A stretch of 20,000 nt of DNA from an uncultured virus (IMG/VR IMGVR_UViG_3300037132_000149) (lineage: Duplodnaviria; Heunggongvirae; Uroviricota; Caudoviricetes): the IMG/VR virus record IMGVR_UViG_3300037132_000149, positions 45,402 to 65,401 of that record. The stretch is one strand, 5' to 3'. Below the pieces are notes generated by a model that was not told the DNA's origin, made no database searches, and saw only the letters and a program-made list of their open reading frames with translations. Shown here piece by piece: positions 8,469 to 16,732 of this stretch; within the stretch, counting starts at the first letter, position 1, and every line of letters begins with the position of its first letter. A program made the position numbers and the translations under genes.

Positions 8469-9266
8469 TCAATTGGTTTTCGGGACCCACGGCCGGCCCA
8501 TGTGGCCGGTCCACGAGTCGCAGGTTTCGTTTCCCCCCGCGGCGTCGTAATAGCCGTAGGGGATCATCAGGTCGCCCTCGAGACCCCAACCGGAGCCCCA
8601 GGAGTTGCGTGCAAGTTCCACGCCCTTTGTGTCGTCGTAGCCGTAGACCAGCAGCTCGTGGCCGCCGACCGGCGTCTCGAACCTCGCGGGCAGCGGCAGC
8701 AATCCAGTCTCGGCCACCTCGTCGCTCTCGATCGCCTTGTACACCGGGATGCCGATCGTCCGGCAGTAGCCGGAGGCCAGCACCGACTTCGCGGTTGCAA
8801 GGCCCTCGTCGAACAGCACGCGGTGGTAGGCGCCGATCCTGAAAGCGTATGCGGCCGCATCCATCGGCGCGGTCGGCGCCTGGCCGATCGCGGTGTCAAT
8901 AAATGGATCCGCCGGGTCCGGGCAGACGCCAAGCTGGTTGAGGACCTGAAACAGGGTGCGGCTGTCCGAGCCGTCGTCGGCAGGGAATGTGCCGTTCTTC
9001 ATGCGCTCCTGGGCGTAGAGGAAGAGCGCCGAGAACATGGCCGGGCTAACGAGTTTGGTTGGGAAGGCGGAGGTGAACGCGCCGTAAAGCCAGTCGAGCC
9101 ATCCTGCTCCTGACTGGCCTGTGCAGCTTCCGCTCGCGCCCTGGTCGCGCACCGGCCCGAGGCCTGGCTTCATGCTCACCGTGGCCGGACCCAAGGCCAG
9201 CGACCGCATCGCGAGGTGATCGCGAACGTCAAACAGATCCTTGCGAACTTTGAAGATGCGACTCAT
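8469..9266 (-). CDS. Papain-family (C1A) cysteine peptidase
   Basis: PVRDQGASGSC (oxyanion Gln, catalytic Cys), GGHELLVYGYDD (His), RNSWGSGWG (Asn). Confidence 0.92.
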   Translation of the reverse strand: MSRIFKVRKDLFDVRDHLAMRSLALGPATVSMKPGLGPVRDQGASGSCTGQSGAGWLDWLYGAFTSAFPTKLVSPAMFSALFLYAQERMKNGTFPADDGSDSRTLFQVLNQLGVCPDPADPFIDTAIGQAPTAPMDAAAYAFRIGAYHRVLFDEGLATAKSVLASGYCRTIGIPVYKAIESDEVAETGLLPLPARFETPVGGHELLVYGYDDTKGVELARNSWGSGWGLEGDLMIPYGYYDAAGGNETCDSWTGHMGRPWVPKTN

Positions 9267-9508
9267 GAATGGTTTCCCTCCTTTTGGACCAGCGAGTTCA
9301 CCCCTGGGTCAGGGGCGTCGTTTGTCATGTGGGCGACCGCGATTCTCAGGCCGCCGGCGACGGCTGCGAGAACCAGGAACGTGATCGGCACCCATTTGGG
9401 GCATCCTTGAATGGCCACCGTGCCAGCGGCTGCGGATCCGAAGGCTGTCGTAAAGAACCCGGCGTACCCGGCAAGCGTTGTAAGACTCACTCCGAAAAGT
9501 TTCTGCAT
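9263..9508 (-). CDS. Small two-TM membrane protein, holin candidate
   Basis: 81 aa with two hydrophobic stretches and a hydrophilic C-tail. ATGA-coupled to the C1 peptidase and near the endolysin. Confidence 0.55.
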   Translation of the reverse strand: MQKLFGVSLTTLAGYAGFFTTAFGSAAAGTVAIQGCPKWVPITFLVLAAVAGGLRIAVAHMTNDAPDPGVNSLVQKEGNHS

Positions 9509-9560
9509 GGCGTCTTGCGCCCCTTTCGTGGCGATTTTGGCCCTTCGATTACCGGCGCGC

Positions 9561-10100
9561 CTAGCGGTGCCAGGTGACGGTCACCGTCGGCGCTGCCAGG
9601 GTTGCTACGTTGTACTTCCCGGTCTCGAACACGTTCGGCGGCGTGCTCGGCAGCAGTGGCGGCGCCAGTGACGCGATCGTCGTCACGGCCGGCGCGCCCA
9701 GCGCGGGCGGGTAGAGCGCGATCAATTGCGCGGTCGAGGCCGGCGAAGGCGGGCCGGTCCAGGCCGGCGTGAGGTTCGTGTAAACCACCTGCACGGTAAA
9801 CGCCACGTAAACGCCGGTCGCCGGGGCCGGCCCGCTGTAGCTTGCCGTCGTGAGTGCCGTCGCTGGCGTCTGGAGCGCCGTGTACGGGCCGGGCCCCGGG
9901 TTGCCGGGCGTCGGGCAGGTGGTCGCGTTGGTGCACGTCGCCCAACTGTAGATGTACCCGCAGGTGTAGCCGGCTGGGCAGGCCGGCGCATTGTTTGAGG
10001 CGGTGACGGTGGGCGGCGGTGTCACCGGCGCCTGGCCGTGGCTGCAGCCGACGATGGCGGCGGCGAGCACGAGGGCTAGAAGTTCGTTGCGTAGTTTCAT
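9561..10100 (-). CDS. Lipoprotein with Cys-rich FN3-like domain
   Basis: Start ATG 10100 with AAGGAGG SD. MKLRNELLALVLAAAIVG|C lipobox. The domain is duplicated in the upstream gene. Confidence 0.75.
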   Translation of the reverse strand: MKLRNELLALVLAAAIVGCSHGQAPVTPPPTVTASNNAPACPAGYTCGYIYSWATCTNATTCPTPGNPGPGPYTALQTPATALTTASYSGPAPATGVYVAFTVQVVYTNLTPAWTGPPSPASTAQLIALYPPALGAPAVTTIASLAPPLLPSTPPNVFETGKYNVATLAAPTVTVTWHR

Positions 10101-10470
10101 GGAATCCTCCTTGGGTTGATGGTTACTGTTGGCTCCGGCCAAGCGACGTCGGGTGAGTTGGCTCGACCGCGGGCACCAGTTGCGCCGTTGATGCCTCCGA
10201 AGGCGGCCCGGTCCAGGCCGGGGTGAGGTTCGTGTAAACCACCTGCACGGTGCATGCGAGATAGACCCCGGTCGCCGGCGCCGAACCCGTGTGATTGGGC
10301 GACGACAGCGCCGTCGCTGGCGTCTGGATTGCCGTGTAGGGTCCGGGCCCCGGGTTGCCGGGGGTCGGGCATACGGTTGAGTTTGTGCAGGTCGCACAAC
10401 TGAAAATGTAGCCGCAGGTGTTGCCATCCGGGCACGTCGGCGCCGATGCTGAGGCCGTAATCGTGGCCGG
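9720..10470 (-). repeat. Diverged duplication of a ~100-codon domain (approx. 9720-10020 and 10175-10470)
   Basis: Shared CPTPGNPGPGPYTAxQTPATAL and TVQVVYTNLTPAWTGPPS. The DNA is near-identical over ccggtccaggccgg(c/g)gtgaggttcgtgtaaaccacctgcacggt. Confidence 0.9.
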
Positions 10471-10839
10471 CGGGTTGACCTTGACGGTCGGTTTCGAGAG
10501 GGCCGCCGGCAAGGCCGGAACTGGCACGGTCGCGGTGTTTGAATTTGAACTCGTCACGCCCTCGGCGTCCACGCTTTCGACCACGTAGTCGTAGCTCGTG
10601 GCTGGCTGCGGGGTCAGGTCTGAGTAGTTTGTCGGCACAACCAGGCCGGTCGAGATCTGCTGAAAGCTGGTCGACCCTGTCGGCGCACGATAGGCGTTGT
10701 ATCCAGCCACCGGGTCGGGCGAGCTCACGGGGGCATCCCAGGTCAGGTTTACCTTAAAACTCGTCACTTTGGCCTGGCCGGCGGCGGATCTCGCCCACGC
10801 ACATACGAGAACCAGCGCCAGCATGAAGACTCTCAGCAT
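10123..10839 (-). CDS. Secreted fibronectin type III domain protein plus Cys-rich domain
   Basis: ATG 10839 with AAGGAG SD and signal peptide (…SAAG|Q). VNLTWDAP...VAGYNAYR...YSD...YDYVVESVD...S..SN is an FN3 signature. Confidence 0.8.
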   Translation of the reverse strand: MLRVFMLALVLVCAWARSAAGQAKVTSFKVNLTWDAPVSSPDPVAGYNAYRAPTGSTSFQQISTGLVVPTNYSDLTPQPATSYDYVVESVDAEGVTSSNSNTATVPVPALPAALSKPTVKVNPPATITASASAPTCPDGNTCGYIFSCATCTNSTVCPTPGNPGPGPYTAIQTPATALSSPNHTGSAPATGVYLACTVQVVYTNLTPAWTGPPSEASTAQLVPAVEPTHPTSLGRSQQ

Positions 10840-10849
10840 CAATCGCTCC

Positions 10850-11104
10850 TTACCGAAGGTGAATAAAACCCAGCGCACTCAGCGCCACCAGGGTCGCCGG
10901 CACGCCCGCCAGAAAAACGATGAACCAGAGCACGCCCTTGGCGAAGCTCCCAAAGTTGCGACGTGTGGTGCTGAAATCCCGCCATTCGCCCACCATGCCC
11001 TCGTCTCCATCCTTGCCGAAAAGGATCGTGTCCACGGGCTTCGCCCACAGTTGCAGTTTCAAGAGCTCGCGCTGCGGGCTTTCGTGTCCCGGTTCATACG
11101 GCAT
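10850..11104 (-). CDS. Small protein with C-terminal transmembrane helix (holin/XhlA-like topology)
   Basis: 84 aa, GAGGGG SD, hydrophobic C-terminus GVLWFIVFLAGVPATLVALSALGF. Confidence 0.6.
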   Translation of the reverse strand: MPYEPGHESPQRELLKLQLWAKPVDTILFGKDGDEGMVGEWRDFSTTRRNFGSFAKGVLWFIVFLAGVPATLVALSALGFIHLR

Positions 11105-11170
11105 CTCTTCCCCTCAGTTGATCCCGTGAATGGTGAGTGTATCGCCAGCAGAGAAGTGAGTCTCGTTAGC

Positions 11171-14092
11171 TCATCGTCCGGTTACCGTGACGGTGGTTCC
11201 AACTACGAAATTGACACCCTGACCGTTCTGAATCTTGATTGCGTTAATCGCCGCAGTTGAGTCCCATTCTCCGCCAAAGTGCATTGCCATCAAATTTGAG
11301 GCATTGTTTTGACTTCCCCAACCCTCGCCCGTCACTGCTTTTGGCAATGTTGTTCCAGCATAATTCAATACAATTGCTGAAGCGCCACCTATAGTTGCAC
11401 ATCCACTACTGCAACCACTAGCAGGGAAATTGTCAATCAGATCGATGAAAGCCACACCAAAACTTTGCAGATTAAATTGTGCCCCCGCAAGGGATTTTCC
11501 GCCTTGGTAACTGTAGTTATTGCCGGTGTCTCCATTGAATTGCAACTGGACATTGGTGCCAGAGCCGCTTGCTAGCACCCCACTGAAAGAGATTTGCAAA
11601 TCAGTGCAAGTAGCAGGGATTGATGAGATTGTGATACTGGTCGCCGGTGAGCCAAGAGTAGTGGAAATCGGCGTCATGCAGGCTGCACCACCCCCGCCTG
11701 AAGGCAGGTATCCGGTGCCCGATGCGTTCCAGTTCGTTCCGTCGTAGCAGATGTGCATCGGCTTGTTGGCGGGGATGCTGCTTGAGGCGACCAGCGTCGT
11801 CGTCCAGCCGCTCGAACCCGCCACGGCCACGCTTTTCGCACCCAGCGAGTTTACGTTGACCGTCAGCCCCGTGCCAGAGTTCGCCGTTGTCGTCGAATAG
11901 ACCACGCAGTTGCCGGTCTGCGGCACAAACGTGTTGGCTACGGTGCAGCTTTGCGCGGTCCCGCTGCCGCTCGAATCGGCGCATAGCTGAGGCATGAATC
12001 CGGTAACCGGCAGGTTGGTCTCCGCCGCTCCCGAGTTCTGCGACACGCTGGTGCCCCCGAGTCCGGTGCCGCAGGTTGGGCAATCGATGACATGGCCGGT
12101 GATTCGTATCGGTGAGGTCGCCGTGTAGTCCTGAACCTCGAGGATCACGTTCGAGCCTGTCACCTTGAATGTCCCTGGGGTGTAGCCGGAATCGGGCGAC
12201 GGCGCGGCCGCGTTAAAGTTCGGACTCGATACCCCTGCCCCATTGACGTTGACACTCGTCCCCGCCACGCAACCGCTAGTGGTCAGTGCGGCCCCGGTCC
12301 CGTTCGGGCAGATAGGCGCAGTCGAGGAAGTGATGCCCTGGATCACCACATTCCCGGCGCCGTCCACGGTGATGCCATTCTCCCCGTAGATGCCCATGAA
12401 GGCGTAGTTTGAAGCCGAAGAAGAACCCACAAAGTGGAAGCCGAAGAGTGCCGCGTTATTCGTGGACTCGGCGACGCCGGTCTCAATGTTGAGGTTCGCA
12501 GTGGCAGACGCATTTGCCGCCAGCACTCTCAATTGCGGAGCAAAGATTGAGCCGCTCGCTGAATTATTGAAGCTGCCGATCGCGTGGATGTCAGAACTAT
12601 AAACTTTGAAGGGGTTCAAATCGCCGCCGCCGTCGATCTGCACGCCCTTGTATCCGCTCGTGGTGCGAATCGTGAAGACCTGCGTATCCATCGCCGCATT
12701 GAACCAGCTCTCGTAGTAGATGGCATCAGCAGCCGGAACGTGCACGAAGCCGTCGCCGGCGTTCGATACGCCCGGCCCCGCGCCGAAGTATTGCGGTCGC
12801 TTGTCGTAGGGCAGCGACGAGCCGGAGAGAATCGAACTCGACATGGTGTTCGAGGCCAGGTTCACGCCGCCGGCGCCAAAGCCGCCGTTTCCGGCCACCA
12901 TGCTCGAGTTCGTGGCGTCGTTCACCACGCGCCCGATGTCGGCAAAGATGTCCCAATACTGGCCGTTGGCCGCGGTCGCTACGCTCTTGCCCTGCAAGGG
13001 TAGCCACTGCTCGAGGGCGACGTAGGTCTGGTAGCCGGAGGTACAGATCCCGATGCCGGCCTGGTTGATGATGAAGGCGTTCGTGCTCCACTCGATCACA
13101 GAACTGCCGTCAGTGTGGATCTTTGCCCAGAGCGACTGTAGCGCGGCCTCGATCGTCGCCGCCGAGTTGCAGCCGGCGCTGCTTGCTGCCACGTCGTTCT
13201 CTTCCTGGCCCAGAATAAAGTAGGTTGGCAGCCCCGTTACCGCCTCGCTGAGGGGATGGAGAAGGCTGGTGTAGTCGGTGTTCAGCTCCTGGAGCGTCAC
13301 CGGGCTCGGAATGACGACCTTGGTCGTCCCGATCCCGTGCAGCCGGCCCTGGTTGGTCGTGTTAAAGGGGAAGTTATAGCTTGCGATGGCCGCATTGCCG
13401 CAGGTCGATGAGCAGGACCCAGTGCCCGAAAAACTGAACTTGAACTGCGTGGTGGTCAGGCCGGACGACAGAACCTGAAAGAGCGTGTACCCCGTTGCCA
13501 GCGTCGTATGGGCCGGAGCCGAGAAGGCCGTCGTCCACGCGCTCGAGAAGCGCATATTCACCCAGTCACCCGCGACCATCCCGTTGGAGCCCGTGTTGGT
13601 CACGGTGCAGGTTCCCGCGGAGCAACTAAAGGTTGCCAGCGCAAAGGTCGGCTCGATCGCGTTTCCATCGTCGTCGTTCGCGCTGTCGCCGGCGAACACA
13701 AATACCGAGTTGTTTGGGATGGGCAGGGTGTTAGCCGCGATGGTCACGTTGCCGATACAGCCGCCGGCCACGAACGGCGTGCAGCTCGTGTTCGTTCCTG
13801 GCAGGATCTCCGTGACCGCGCCGAAGGAGGAGCCGAGGCACGCCGACAGCGTCACGCATGGCGTCCACTGGCCCAGCGACGTATTGAACCCGTAAAAGGC
13901 AAAGGCCTGCGGCGTGCTTTGCGCAGGCTCCGAGGTCGATGGGTTGGTGATCTGAACCCACTGGCCGGAGGTCGGGTTCCACTGATAGAGCGCGATGGGC
14001 GTCGGCTGGAGCCCGATGACCTGGCCTCGCACACCGAGCGCAGCGCACGCGGCAAGCGCAACCAACCCGACAATCCTCGCGAGGTTTCGCAC
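11171..14092 (-). CDS. Large secreted mosaic fibre/adhesin-like protein with SGNH/GDSL-like domain
   Basis: Likely GTG start 14092 (973 aa), signal peptide …ALGVRG|Q, VFAGDS block-I motif, ENDV block-III-like motif and Gly/Ser/Thr-rich fibre segments. The C-terminal SITISSIPAT..DL.....LQFNGDTGNNY domain recalls phage fibre proteins. Confidence 0.7.
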   Translation of the reverse strand: MRNLARIVGLVALAACAALGVRGQVIGLQPTPIALYQWNPTSGQWVQITNPSTSEPAQSTPQAFAFYGFNTSLGQWTPCVTLSACLGSSFGAVTEILPGTNTSCTPFVAGGCIGNVTIAANTLPIPNNSVFVFAGDSANDDDGNAIEPTFALATFSCSAGTCTVTNTGSNGMVAGDWVNMRFSSAWTTAFSAPAHTTLATGYTLFQVLSSGLTTTQFKFSFSGTGSCSSTCGNAAIASYNFPFNTTNQGRLHGIGTTKVVIPSPVTLQELNTDYTSLLHPLSEAVTGLPTYFILGQEENDVAASSAGCNSAATIEAALQSLWAKIHTDGSSVIEWSTNAFIINQAGIGICTSGYQTYVALEQWLPLQGKSVATAANGQYWDIFADIGRVVNDATNSSMVAGNGGFGAGGVNLASNTMSSSILSGSSLPYDKRPQYFGAGPGVSNAGDGFVHVPAADAIYYESWFNAAMDTQVFTIRTTSGYKGVQIDGGGDLNPFKVYSSDIHAIGSFNNSASGSIFAPQLRVLAANASATANLNIETGVAESTNNAALFGFHFVGSSSASNYAFMGIYGENGITVDGAGNVVIQGITSSTAPICPNGTGAALTTSGCVAGTSVNVNGAGVSSPNFNAAAPSPDSGYTPGTFKVTGSNVILEVQDYTATSPIRITGHVIDCPTCGTGLGGTSVSQNSGAAETNLPVTGFMPQLCADSSGSGTAQSCTVANTFVPQTGNCVVYSTTTANSGTGLTVNVNSLGAKSVAVAGSSGWTTTLVASSSIPANKPMHICYDGTNWNASGTGYLPSGGGGAACMTPISTTLGSPATSITISSIPATCTDLQISFSGVLASGSGTNVQLQFNGDTGNNYSYQGGKSLAGAQFNLQSFGVAFIDLIDNFPASGCSSGCATIGGASAIVLNYAGTTLPKAVTGEGWGSQNNASNLMAMHFGGEWDSTAAINAIKIQNGQGVNFVVGTTVTVTGR

Positions 14093-14108
14093 GTTCCGCC
14101 CTTTCAAA

Positions 14109-14402
14109 CTACTTCGGCCTGGCCGGCGCCGGTTTGGCCGCTTTGGCCGCCGCGGCGTCTTCCGCCGCGATCCTGTCCAGCCAATGCTGGCACTCCTGAA
14201 TTGCGCCGGCGATTGCCTGGACGTTAGCGATGGCCTGCTGTTGCTGCTGTTGTAACTCGAGCAGCCGCCGCTCAATATCTTCGCGCTTGACGACCGAGGC
14301 CGCCGTGGGCGCTGCCGGCGCTGGAGCAGCCGGCTTTGAATCCTGGGCGACGGCCATCAGGCAGGCACCCAGGAGCAGTACAAATATGGCCTTGCTGTGC
14401 AT
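14109..14402 (-). CDS. Small secreted coiled-coil protein
   Basis: 97 aa, signal peptide …LMAVA|Q, heptad helix with poly-Gln, IAGAIQEC motif. Confidence 0.7.
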   Translation of the reverse strand: MHSKAIFVLLLGACLMAVAQDSKPAAPAPAAPTAASVVKREDIERRLLELQQQQQQAIANVQAIAGAIQECQHWLDRIAAEDAAAAKAAKPAPARPK

Positions 14403-14413
14403 TTCTGCCGATC

Positions 14414-15598
14414 CTAGCTGGCGCCGGCGTAGACCCGCACGTAGGCGTCGGACCCGTTGATCTTCACCTTGATGTAGCCGGTAACTGCCGAGGACGCACC
14501 CGAGCCGGAGATCAGGTAGCCGCCGCCGTTGTCGGTCAGATCCGCAAAGTACGCAGCCTTTGAGTAGCCATAGATCAAGTCATGGAAGATCGTCGCCGTG
14601 GTGTTGGTGACGACGATCCCGTCGCAGAACGCGCAACTCACCGAAGGGCCAGTCGCCCCGGCGTCGCTCCACAAGCCGCCAACGTGGGACGCAGAGGTCA
14701 GCGTCGCGGCTGAAAGATCGAGTTGCCCGAGCACGCCGAAATCCCAGGTTGAGCCGCTTACGGTCCCGGCCAGCACAAACTTGCCCTGCGTGCCGTAGAG
14801 GTAGCCGCTCGAGGCCGTGGTGCCTACCGGGATGGTTGCCAGCCCGCGCACGCCGGTCAGGTTGTTCCCGCCGTTCGCATAGCTCGCGTTCGATGTGGTC
14901 ACGGATCCAACAATCGAGCGCACGTTGCCGGGCGCGGCTGCGGTCACCGTTGCGGCGGCCTGTGGGCCGGTTACGCCCAGCACCCCGCCCGAGCAGGCCT
15001 AGAACGTCCACGGGTTGGTGGTTACGTCGACCACGCCTGTCTTCGCGCTGCAGGTGGCCGCGGCGAGGATCGTCGCCGCTGTCACCGCCGAGTCCTGCGA
15101 GTGTATGTTTGCGACCAGCTTGTACCACTCGGGGCTCAGAACGACGGTCATCAGCGCAGGTTCATGCGTGCCGCCGACCGCGTTCAAAGCCTCCTGGAGG
15201 CCGCCCGTGCCAGACTGCAATGTGAATGTGGTGTGAGGGTTCACCGGCGCGATGTTGACGCCGCAGCGCAGCTCGCTCGGCACCAGGTAGCTCGACGGGG
15301 TCAGCACCTCGCTCGTGGCCTGGTTCTGGTCCTGAATCAGGATCGGAGCCAGGGCCAGCGTGTCGGCGAAGGCATAGAACGTCGGGCTGTCGGCAAAGTC
15401 CAGTTGCGTGACCTGGCACCCGTTTACATTCGAGAAGGTGTACGTGTTGGGCTTCTGGCCTTGAATAGCCCAGCGCCCGTAGTTATCCGCATACACCCAG
15501 GGCGGCGCCCCGGCCGGATTGAACCCCTGAGCGAATACACACGCCGTCGCCGTCAGCGCCAGCACCAAAACCGCGAGAAGCCCGGTAAAGGTCTTCAT
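14414..15598 (-). pseudogene. Secreted protein gene interrupted by one in-frame TAG at 14999-15001 (nonsense allele, error or readthrough)
   Basis: ORFs 14999..15598 and 14414..14983 are in the same frame: …VTTNPWTF*ACSGGVLGVTG…. The stop aligns with Tyr in the paralog, and the downstream part has no convincing SD. Confidence 0.65.
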
Positions 15599-15643
15599 GG
15601 TTGCCTCGTTCCTTGTGGAGATTGGCCGTGCGCCCCTCTGCCA

Positions 15644-16651
15644 TCAATGGCAGAGGTAGGTCCAGGAGTACCCGGCGGTCGAGCTCGTGAGCCCGGCGGC
15701 GGGCGATGTCAGGGTTGCGACCGCAGGCGGCCCGATCACGGACGAGGCCACGGTAACGCCGGGGGCCACGCCGGTTGACGTGTAAACGCAGGTCGGGGCG
15801 TACTGGTACCCGCTCGTCGGCGAGCCGGCGGTGCCGGGCGAGGGCCAGGTCAGCGTAAAGATGGGATCGGCGGCCGTTGGAACCGCAGAGCCGGTCCTGA
15901 GAGTCACAGTCCCGGTCACGCTGTTGCCAGCGATCGCGATCGTCGGCGAGGTGCCGGCGCCCGTGCCGGCCGCGACCGTGGGAGGCGTTGCGCTCAACAG
16001 GTAGTATTGCGTGCCCGAGGCGTAGCCGCCCGAGCCCTTCCACACGTACTGCGTTGGCGGCGCCGTGGTGATGTCGACCACGATGGCGAAGACGCTGCCC
16101 TTGGCTGCCGCAATGATCGTCGCCGGCGTGGTCGAGGCCAGGGTCGAGTTCTGGGTTGAGATCCCGGTCACCAGCTTGTACCACTCGGGAGATAGGATCA
16201 CTTCCATCGCGTTCGCGGCCGTGAAGCCGCCCACCGAGTTGATCGCCTCCTGGAGACCGCCTGTGCCTGATTGCAGCGTGAAGGTCGTATGGTTGAGCGA
16301 CGGCGCGATGTCCACGCCGCAAGAGAGCTGCGTCGGCGTCAAGTAGGTCGACGGCGTCGCGAGCTCGCTGTTGGCTGAGTTCTGGTCGGCGATCAGCACC
16401 GGAGCCAGCGCCACAGCGTTCGAGAACGCATAGAACGTCGGCCGGTTTTGAAAGTTGAGCTGCGTAATCTGGCAGCCGTTGACGTTCGAGAACGTGTAGG
16501 TGTTTGGCGACTGGCCTTGAATCGCCCAGCGGCCGTAGTTATCGGCGTATACGACGGGGGGCGAGCCGGCCGGGTTGAATCCCTGAGCGAGGACGAGAGC
16601 CGGCGTCAGCGACGCCAGCAGGATGACTGCGAGTGCGAGGAACTTCCGCAT
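15644..16651 (-). CDS. Secreted hypothetical protein (SGTGGLQEA-motif domain plus Thr/Gly-rich C-terminal beta domain)
   Basis: ATG 16651 with AGGAG SD and signal peptide …ALVLA|Q. The N-terminal ~200 aa are paralogous to 14999..15598. Confidence 0.8.
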   Translation of the reverse strand: MRKFLALAVILLASLTPALVLAQGFNPAGSPPVVYADNYGRWAIQGQSPNTYTFSNVNGCQITQLNFQNRPTFYAFSNAVALAPVLIADQNSANSELATPSTYLTPTQLSCGVDIAPSLNHTTFTLQSGTGGLQEAINSVGGFTAANAMEVILSPEWYKLVTGISTQNSTLASTTPATIIAAAKGSVFAIVVDITTAPPTQYVWKGSGGYASGTQYYLLSATPPTVAAGTGAGTSPTIAIAGNSVTGTVTLRTGSAVPTAADPIFTLTWPSPGTAGSPTSGYQYAPTCVYTSTGVAPGVTVASSVIGPPAVATLTSPAAGLTSSTAGYSWTYLCH

Positions 16652-16670
16652 GTCGATTCTCCTGGTGACT

Positions 16671-16686
16671 GGTCGCCGCGGCGACC
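16671..16686. promoter_or_regulatory. 16-bp perfect palindrome GGTCGCCGCGGCGACC, 19 nt upstream of ATG 16651
   Basis: Seen directly. A sister copy lies at 2432-2447. Confidence 0.45.
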
Positions 16687-16732
16687 TGAGTCCTATTGTG
16701 GAATTGGCCTTACGAAGGGCCCTGCTCAAAAC

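Noticed and set aside
9720..10470. Duplicated domain as a DGR template/variable repeat pair
   Set aside because: Differences are not adenine-specific, both copies are coding, and no reverse transcriptase is present.
11105..11170. Possible internal promoter (TACACT -10 on the minus strand)
   Set aside because: No credible -35 or extended -10 element.
14093..14275. N-terminal extension of the 1034-aa ORF (similar extensions at 8589, 10427, 10878, 16729 and 19627)
   Set aside because: They overlap upstream genes or regulatory DNA; the downstream starts mostly have SD sequences and place signal peptides at the N-terminus.
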